Source of the DNA: Octopus sinensis
Taxonomy: Eukaryota
Assembly (NCBI RefSeq): GCF_006345805.1
Contig: NC_043007.1
Location: 64,790,001 to 64,854,000 of the forward strand
Direction: 5' to 3'
DNA length: 64,000 bases
Positions 54,637 through 64,000 of this stretch are shown here, one piece after another. Position 1 is the first letter of the stretch, and each line of letters begins with the position of its first letter. The position numbers and the translations under genes were made by a program. Under the pieces are notes generated by a model that saw only the letters and a program-made list of their open reading frames with translations, had not been told where the DNA came from and searched no databases.

Positions 54637-54843
54637 TATAGTTACTCCAAACATGAACAAAGAGAAAACACAACAACGCGAGGACGTGGAACAAGTATAG
54701 TGTTATTTGACACTCAGAAAGAAAAAGAAAGAAGGTGGATTTAATGTTTCGAGCGGAGCTCTTCGTCAGAAACATAGAAAAATTAAAGGTTCAAGGAAGG
54801 GAAGACGGAGAAAGATAATCGCCAACGATACACATGCAATCAC
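54637..54843 (-). mobile_element. Hammerhead-bearing repeat, copy 2 of the 29107-29319 family
   Basis: Minus 54773-54740: GTTT-CTGACGA-A-GAGC-tcc-GCTC-GAA-ACAT-T-AAA. Core is canonical; stem III has G>A relative to copy 1. Confidence 0.72.
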
Positions 54844-54863
54844 ATATTGATATATGTGTGTTC

Positions 54864-54911
<48 letters not shown>

Positions 54912-55063
54912 GTGATCAGAAGTGTTCGTAAACAGAGGTACTACCGTATGAAATGAATATGAGAAAGACAGGAGATAAGGTACGATTTATTTCTGACCAG
55001 AGTTGTTTGAAAACCGAGGTTCTATTGTTTATATGCGAGTGAGCGAGCGAGCGAGCGATTGAA

Positions 55064-55151
<88 letters not shown>

Positions 55152-55254
55152 ACAGTATACACGACTTCAGCACCCATTCTTTATGACCTACTGAAAGATA
55201 TGTACAGAGATATGTGAAGAAAGATAAAGAGGAGAGAGAAGATATGTTGATAAT

Positions 55255-55473
55255 AATCTTTTCTACTAAGGGCACAAGGCCTGAAATATTTGTGAAGGGG
55301 TACTGTCTGATTATATTGATCTAGTGTTTCGCTGGTATTTACTTTATCGACTCCGAAGGGATGAAACGCAAAGACAACATCAAAGTCAGAATTTGAACTC
55401 AGAACGTAAAGACGGACGAAATGCCTCTAAGCGTTTTGTCCAGCGTGCTAACGAATCTGCTTGCTCGCCACCT
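55255..55473 (-). mobile_element. SINE family A copy
   Basis: gaatttgaactcagaacgtaaagacggacgaaatgcc...cgtgctaacgaatctgcttgctcgccacctta. Confidence 0.75.
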
Positions 55474-55500
55474 TATATGTTGTTAATAATAACAACAATA

Positions 55501-55576
<76 letters not shown>

Positions 55577-57225
55577 TGATGATAATAGTAAAACGGAGTG
55601 GGTTACAAAGGAAATGCGTACGCTAATAGAAAGAAATTCTTAAGTACTATTGTTGCTGTCACTGCTGCTGCTACTCCCCCCTCCTCTTTCTGCTTCTCCT
55701 CCTCCTCCTACTACTACTACTACTGCTGCTGCTGTTGTTGCTGCTGCTGACAATGATGTTGATGATTATGATTATTATTTCTAAAAAGCACAAGACCACA
55801 TATTCTAAGTGAGTGTACAGGTAATTTTAATGTTTTGATAGTGTTTTATAGCATTTTGATAGTGTTTTTGGCTCGTATCTATCCGGTCGATGACTTCTCT
55901 TTTGATGCAGCCAATTTTAGAACCTCATTACCATCTACACGTTTGAAAAGTTAAATCGTTGTTACAAATTTTTTACCTTGATTGTTGTTGGCGACGAACA
56001 CTTCTCTTTTACTTCCTCCAGGGTAGTATGGTCCCTTTCAAAATGAAAGACACCGTCTGAATATAATCAGGCCGTTGCGTGTAATTCGACAAGTGGTGTG
56101 TGGTATGATTTCAATAACTTCTTTATGTAGTCTTCGAAATTCTTTTTCTTTGACATCCATTGGAAATATTGACTCTCCACTAGTACGTCGTATATAACTA
56201 TTCTAGGTAGCCTGATCTTAAGCATCCTGTTGACTTACCCAGATCAACGAAACTGACGTTTTAAGATGAATTCTTCAACACATGTTCTATTTGTACTTCT
56301 TTGGATTTCAGTGTAAGATATAAAGAAAAGTGAATACGACTACTAGTCCGAGAATGCATTGGAGCAAACAGATACGAAATGATTCAAGGATCTTCATATG
56401 TCGGACTGACCTCTAGTAACTCCAACTTTATGAGAGGACGAAAGTCCTTATAAAACACTGTTTTCTAGATCTACTCGAGTACGTGACTGGCGCTTAGTTT
56501 ATCGACTGCATAAGAAGGAAAGGCAATACAAGAACGCAAAAAAAACGTAAATAAATATTGCATGATATTCTTTTCTTTTCTCAACCAATTCTACCAACTA
56601 TAAATTTTTTGCTTAAAATAAGATTGCCAATCATTATTTTATTTATTTATTCATTGATTTCTATTATCTTTTTTTTGTTAGATGGGGAGAAAGAAAATAA
56701 CCCCATTTTCGTATTCCATGTTTTCGTCTGCTAGATTTTTTCTCTTACAATTCACATGCGATCAATAATATGAAAGAAAGAAACGTGACCCAAATAAACT
56801 TTTCATTTTCCTTTTTCCACAGAAGACGAATTTATAGATTTATAACAAGTGAGATGACTTGTAGCTGGGGAATGATTTTCCTTGAAAAATCTTCAGTTCT
56901 GATGGCTATTTGAGATAAAGAAAGAGAAGGATGTTGTAGAAAGTAGCGAGAGAGAAAGGAGGTTCAAGGAGATGAATATGCAAAACAGAAGAACAGAAAG
57001 AGATAAAGAGGAGGAGAAGAATCAAATATAATGACGAAGAAGAAATATTAGAATAAATTACGTACCATTTTCACTAACTTCAATATTTTAATTTCATAGA
57101 TAACATTCATCCATCCGTATATACATACATAAGTTTGATATACGAAACTCAATAAATAAAACTCAATACATTAGTATATAAATAGTTTTGATTATTTTTA
57201 GTCGGTAGAATTTATAATGCAACTC

Positions 57226-57337
57226 AAGCACCTCCACCCAGCAAAGCCAGCATCCAGAGACTAGTTTCAGAGCCTGATGAAGAGCAAAGACTCTGAAATT
57301 AGTCTCTGGATAATGGCTCTGCTGGGTGGAGGTGCTT
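57226..57337. mobile_element. Short fold-back with hammerhead core in the loop
   Basis: Arms of about 45 bp (aagcacctccacccagca...tgctgggtggaggtgctt). The centre reads CTGATGA-AGAG-caaaga-CTCT-GAA-ATTAGT-C, and the left arm preserves the GAAACTAGTC version. Confidence 0.6.
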
Positions 57338-57569
57338 ATCTCCCCTGTTTGAAAACTTAAGGACACAGAACGCTTGTGTCACATAGCCAACTGGAAACGA
57401 TGTTTCCTGGGGCTAAATAGCAGCAGCATTCTTCCCTTTCTTGGGACTGCCGCATTAAGTTTGCAACAAACCATCACTTTATTGTACTGCTACTGTATAA
57501 GTCTCTCTGGGAGATTTAGAAATGCAATATCTCTAATTATATATATATATTTGTTATTATTAGACTGAA

Positions 57570-57880
57570 AAATGAAGACTATGCTGTTACATAACTTTAT
57601 TCAAGGTCACGATCGTTTCGGATGGCTAGAGAAACTACTTTATCGCTATATAATGCATGCATAATTAATCAATTAATGAAGCAGTTAGCCCTTGACCGTT
57701 CTCATCCGACCCTAAAGTTTTTAATGACTATAGGGTCTAACGAGAAAGGTCGAGGGCTAACTGTTTCATTAATTGATTAATTATGTATAGAAACCGATGT
57801 ATAGCGATGAAATAATTCCTCTAGCCATTCGGAACAATCGTGACATTAAATAAAGTTATGTAATATCATCATCTTCATTT
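57570..57880. mobile_element. Fold-back element (about 140-bp arms) with hammerhead topology and long stem II
   Basis: Outward-reading arms give AGGGT-C(T/G)(A/G)A(C/T)GA-GAA(A/C)GG...CCAT(T/C)C-G(G/A)AAC-(G/A)ATCGT-G-AC(C/A)TT. Confidence 0.7.
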
Positions 57881-57910
57881 CTAACTGATATATATATATA
57901 TATATGATGA

Positions 57911-58205
57911 TGGCGCGTGGCATAGTGGTTAGGGCATTCAGCTCAAGATCGTAAGGTCGTGAGTTCAATTCCTGAAGACACTTTATTTCACATTCTTCCA
58001 GTCCACTCAGCTGGCAAAAATGAGTAGTAACTGTATTTCAAAGGGCCAGCCTTGTCACACTTGATGTCGCGCTGAATCTCCTTGAGAACTACGATAAGGT
58101 ACACGTGTCTGTGGAGTCCTCAGCCACTTGCAAGTTAATTTCACGAGAAAGCTGTTCCGTTGATTGTATCAGCTGGGACCTTCGTCGGTCGTAACCGACG
58201 GAGAG
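57911..58205 (+). mobile_element. tRNA-derived SINE family C
   Basis: A-box ggcatagtggttagg, B-box gagttcaattcc, core ccagtccactcagctgg. Confidence 0.8.
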
Positions 58206-58436
58206 CTCTCTCTCTATATATATTTATATATATATATATATATAAGTGAGTTTGGAGGGATATATTATCTTGGCGGGTCCCGTTTAGCTCTCAGTAAAGT
58301 TCTTGTTAACGCCTAATCACAACGTTAAATCAGTATTTAACGTCTCAGTGACTGCAATTTGTTGTTAGTCGCTCCGTGAATTTTTACGATGGGTAATTCC
58401 GTGTACTCTATACTGGACAGTAGAAGTTGTCTGGAG

Positions 58437-58797
58437 TATATATTAATAATAATAAAGAGTATGGAGACTTGTACATCCGCAAAATATATTTTATAGTTGT
58501 ATACACCATATTTTAATTACATACACGTATCCCCGCAGTAGCGACTACTCATCGTTGCAAATGCAGCCTTACAATATTGTCGGTGCAATTTCATCAGGGT
58601 CCGTCCATTTGGTCATCCTCAAAGTGAACCAAATGGACGGACCCTGATGAAGCTGCACGGACAATATAGTAAGGTTGCATTTGCAACAGTGAGTAGTTGT
58701 TGCAGCGGAAACACGTGTAAGTCATTATAATATGCTGTATAACACTATAAGATACATTTTGCGGATGTAGAAGTCTTCATACTCTTTATTATTTTTA

Positions 58798-58808
<11 letters not shown>
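58437..58808. mobile_element. Fold-back element (about 180-bp arms) with hammerhead motif
   Basis: Arms are reverse complements around loop catcctcaaagtga. Plus arm: GACC-CTGATGA-A-GCTGCA-[43 nt]-TGCAGC-G-GAA-ACACGTGT-A-AGTC (58640-58723). Confidence 0.75.
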
Positions 58809-58868
<60 letters not shown>

Positions 58869-58941
58869 ATAAATATTAGGGAATAAATCCAAACTTACAG
58901 GGAAAAATCAGATTTAGGATTGAATCCAATTTTATAGTAAA

Positions 58942-59277
<336 letters not shown>

Positions 59278-59476
59278 ATATATATGTGTGTGTGTCAGTA
59301 TGTGTATGTGTATGAATATATGTATATTTTTATTAATATTTAGCAGAAGCAACAGACCAACTCAAGGTGCGTTGGTACTTATCAACACACCAAACTCTCG
59401 GACCTTGAGTCACTCTGTTCAGTTAAAGATTAATATGTATGTATGCATATATGAATATATATATATATTTATATAG

Positions 59477-59556
<80 letters not shown>

Positions 59557-59598
59557 AATATATATATATGTATATACATGTATATGTATATATATATG

Positions 59599-59686
<88 letters not shown>

Positions 59687-59979
59687 TGATTGGTGATTGC
59701 CCCGTATATACAGTTTGTATGAATCGTCTTGAGGATCTAATCTATAGAGGGTTCCTATCTTCCTCACTTGGCATTTTGTTACCCTGGGGTAAATGCTTAG
59801 GAATTCATTTTCACCTGAACATACCGAACTATTGTTGTCAATATAAAAAATGTGATTGGGTGAAGTTTATGCTTTTATTAAAAACAATAGCGAAGTAAAG
59901 GGAAATTATTACATCTAGGTAATAAATTACTGTTAAGCTTATTGAGTTTGCCTGTATTTTGTTGAGTCAGAGATCGTGT

Positions 59980-60053
59980 CTTAAAATACAGGTAAGCTCC
60001 CAGAGATCAGAAAAGCGGACTCGGATTTCTGTAATTTTTACCTGTATTTTAAG
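59980..60053. repeat. Short inverted repeat (16-bp arms)
   Basis: cttaaaatacaggtaa (59980-59995) and ttacctgtattttaag (60038-60053). Confidence 0.6.
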
Positions 60054-62892
60054 GCTTTTACAAACTTTTAGTATGTTATTGTTTTTACTAGATATGAAGC
60101 TAGAATTTACAATTGTATAGTTATTTAAATACATTTCGGGGAATTACGGGTACTTGTTTCGTCTTCTACAAAAGCTGTAAAGTCAAGACGATGTGAGTAG
60201 AATTTGAATCTTGAAATGAAAGGAACTGAAAATATATGTTACAAAACATTTAAAAGCATGGGAGGAGCATTGAAAAGAAACAATAAAATACGAAAACGGT
60301 TATATCGGAAAATAATTTAATTAAATAATTTGAATTTAATCAAACCCTCGTTTTTAAATGGAAATCGTAAATGTTCAACAATTTTTTGCTCATTTCTTCC
60401 ACTATTCTGGCGGCTTACATAGCATGTCTTGAAATTACAGAAACACTACTTCGAGGAATGTATAAAAATTTACAGTCATAATGTATTTAGCTCGACTCTA
60501 TCTTTCTGACAGTTCACAACACTAACTTTACGTTTAATTAACCTAAAAGGTTTCCTTTCAATAAAATTTTATTTTGTAAAGTATTAATATTTCATAAAAT
60601 ATAGTTTTAGAGAAACAAAACAAGCTGTTCCTTTTATTTCCCCCCCCCTCTTCTGTTTTTATTATTTTATTTATTTATTTATTACAAGGTGCTCCCTTCT
60701 TTCATTTTAATTTATTCTTTTAGTATCTCGCAAAGAGTTTCTCCTCTAATGTTTTTATATTCGAGTTTTCTGTGGTCTATTGGAAAGAAGTATTGAACTT
60801 GTTAATAGAAAAGCGAATGTTGTGTATTATTTTTTGTTGTTATATTTTCAATTTTCAGTGGATGAATCATCATTATATTCATGATTGATGAATAAGCTAT
60901 AGTTAAATACATCATATGATATCATCTTACCACCTAACGACTGTTTCTAATTCAGATACCACCACCACCACCACCAACCACATTCCACAATCCACCATGA
61001 TCATCATCATCATAGTCATTAACAGCAGCACCACCATTGGCAGCCCTACAGCTACTAGTATCACTAGTGTCAATATCAATGAAGTAGTCTTACCTAAATC
61101 CTTTGGCTTGTCATGTTTGGTACCATACTTAACCTCACCACTAGCATCACCACTGCGTCAGCCTCACACCACTACTAATTTGTCTTTAATCAACGTCATA
61201 ACTTGAGTCAGTTGTCATCATTGGTACTATTAAAAATAACTATCACTACCACTGTGAAAAAAAAAAGACATGAAAACGAAAATCCCATCCACCAGAAACC
61301 GATTTACTGTTGCAGTTATCGCATCACCACCACCACCACCATTATTATTACCATGGTAACAACAATCAGTATAAAAATCGTTATTTACCACCATCAAATC
61401 CCTTCACGGTCTTAGAAGATGACATGTTAGATTGTATGGCCCAGGCTTCTTGAACATAAGTGACAGATTGCTCACGGCCGAAATACTTTTGTTCATAGGT
61501 CTGCTCAAACAACACCTAAGCAACAACTCTTTCACGAACGCCTTGCCAACTTTAAAGCGACTAATTATGCTCGCCACTTCTACTTTGGGAGATCTATTAA
61601 TGATTCAAAAAGGCCGTAAATATTTCTAATACGATGGATACGCACGCGCGCGCGCGCGCACACACACACACACACACCAGACATACACACACACACACAT
61701 ACACACACACACAAACACACACACCCTTCTGAGTAAAATAAATACTAGAAAGAGGTTTTATTGACTGCTGAATGTGGATGGGATAATTGCATAATTGTTA
61801 AGTGTTCCTTTCAAGTTAAAATATTTGCACGTGCAGATACCATGGAAAAAGGACGAAAGAATGGTAACAATGACAACTTGACAGAAAAGGACAAATAGCA
61901 TCACGACTAATATCCTTCGCCCAACATTCGGAACATTCAGAGTGTCTGCTAAGCCTAAAGTATTACCGTCACTACCATTACCAACACTACCACCTCCGGC
62001 AATGATTGCAGTGTCTTTGATCATAGATTTTCTCGCTCAGTATTGACCCGACGGTTAAATATGATGCAAACTTTTTACACATCACTGCCAATTCGCTACC
62101 ACCATTAACCACCATTTCACCACTAGCACCATTTGTATCAGCACTGCTACTGTTAACGCTTCGCGTCGAACACCAAAAGAGCTAATAGAAAAACCTCACG
62201 CACAATACAGCTAGACTCCCTTCCTCGAATACTTGGACTGAACTTCAGTCGGAATCCGAAGTTTCTCAGCCGAAAAGAAACCACTTATAAACCCATTTCC
62301 CACAATAGATGCTTTTTTTACAAACAAACTGTATTGTGTTCTTTTTCTGTCTTTCAGAGTTAGTCGTACAAAGTATAACCTACCCGTTGAAAAACCTTTC
62401 CATTGTATAATCTACCCACTATATAACCTGCCCATTATGTTTCACTCTGTTGTACATAATATAGGTTGATTTTAGTTAAAAGGTACAAATATGCAAATTA
62501 GGTTTTCACCTCAGTAGTAATCTATTTTATCGCTGTTTTATAAGGATGCTGATATATGCTACTGAGAAGGGAAGGAAACCAGGAACGTCGTCTCTCAGGA
62601 ACGGTCATCGAACCGTGAAACGGTTCATGGAAAGATGGCCTCTAATCTTTTTTCGCACATCAATACTAGAAAAGGAACATGTTTGCACTTCTACTTAATC
62701 CTCGGTGAGGCTTTGTAATATTTAAATTTATTTGATTTCGTCTGATTTAAGCTGTTTTGTTCATAATCTTCCTGTCTCCGTATATGTATATGTATGTGTA
62801 TGTGTATGTGTATATATACATATATGCATATATATATATATATCTATGTATGTATAATTTCGTTTACAAAAAAGCGAAAACAAGAAGGTAAA

Positions 62893-62943
<51 letters not shown>

Positions 62944-63056
62944 TGTGAGAGAGATGAAGAGAAAGACAGGGAAAGCGATAAAGAGAAAAAGAGAGAAAGA
63001 AATAAAGAAAGAGAGCGAGAGAAAAATAAATATTTTATTAGTTATTTGCATTACTA

Positions 63057-63076
63057 CGCCATATTTGCGCATGCGC
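63057..63076. promoter_or_regulatory. Adjacent YY1-like and NRF1-like motifs
   Basis: CGCCATATT (63057-63065) is immediately followed by TGCGCATGCGC (63066-63076). Motif evidence only. Confidence 0.3.
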
Positions 63077-63180
63077 CCTATTATTTGTTTATCACTCATA
63101 CTCTCACTTTCTCTCTGTTATTGCGCTCTCAGCATTTGAACTACAATTACAACTACAAGTACTACTAGTACAACAATTGT

Positions 63181-63238
<58 letters not shown>

Positions 63239-63732
63239 GGCCCAACTACCAAGTCTCAGTGCCATGTGACTGTGCTCATGTTTGGCTTGGAAGGACTTGG
63301 TGATTAGGCTGACATTCACGTGAAAATCATCCCATTGGAGAGACTAGAAAGCTTTCTCTTTAATTGCTACATGATATCTGATGACGTGTGGGCCGCTTGA
63401 GACTTTATTTATGACACATTTTACTTTTGGACGGACGCCGCAAAACAATGGCATCAAATACTTGGCTCGCAATTCTTATACATCTGACAAATGACACATA
63501 TTGAAAACACATCAATTATTCAAATTATAACAGCATGCATAAAATATGTGAATGTATGTGTCTCAGACATAAATATATTATACATTCATATATACGCACA
63601 TACATATATATCTATAACTATATATACAAATATATGGAATATATACAAGCATACAGAAGCATATGGAAATATACGCATACGTATATACGTACATGCATAT
63701 ATACATGCATGCGTGCATATATCGATACATGT

Positions 63733-63790
<58 letters not shown>

Positions 63791-64000
63791 ACATACATTT
63801 ATCATGGTTGTCTACTCGTTAAAGGAGTATGGCCATCGTTGATAAATTACTTGTTTTCAGTGACCATGGAACCTATAATGGCTTTTAGGACCAATGCAGG
63901 ACCTGCATTTTTTGTTGCAAATATTCATGTGTTGCAATTGTATATTCGTTCTGTGCAGCATCTTGATTTTGAACTTTCATGTGGCTTGTGAATCAGTTGC

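Noticed and set aside
56330-56460. YVGLT as a GIY-YIG endonuclease remnant of a Penelope element
   Set aside because: Only a five-residue match, with no supporting upstream motif or RT; needs a profile search.
62590-62630. CTCAGGA-ACGG…CCGT-GAAACGGTT
   Set aside because: Core G5 is C and there is no stem I. A simple gaaccgt/acggttc hairpin explains it equally well.

Overview
AT-rich animal genomic DNA that is almost entirely repeats: microsatellites, tRNA-derived SINEs and decayed transposons. The repeat content suggests an octopus or other coleoid cephalopod (inference, no database search). I cannot support any host protein-coding exon. The only protein-like ORFs are transposon-derived: four R4/Dong-type LINE pieces (one with an open CCHC + restriction-like endonuclease ORF at 18670-19515), CR1/L2 and RTE LINE fragments, a TIR-bounded mariner and a DD37D transposase remnant. 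Two complete non-autonomous Helitrons and several MITE-like elements are also present. The main result is a dense set of type I hammerhead ribozyme (HHR) motifs from about nine unrelated sequence families. One is canonical and structurally complete (50198-50239). Most others sit in fold-back elements whose arms read outward from the centre in every case (10221-10749, 24168-24617, 36122-36313, 36630-37965, 57226-57337, 57570-57880, 58437-58808). One family also has a tRNA-like Pol III head, making it a candidate ribozyme-bearing SINE. This resembles Penelope-like-element terminal repeats and retrozymes. All coordinates and structures were read by hand and may be off by a few bases.
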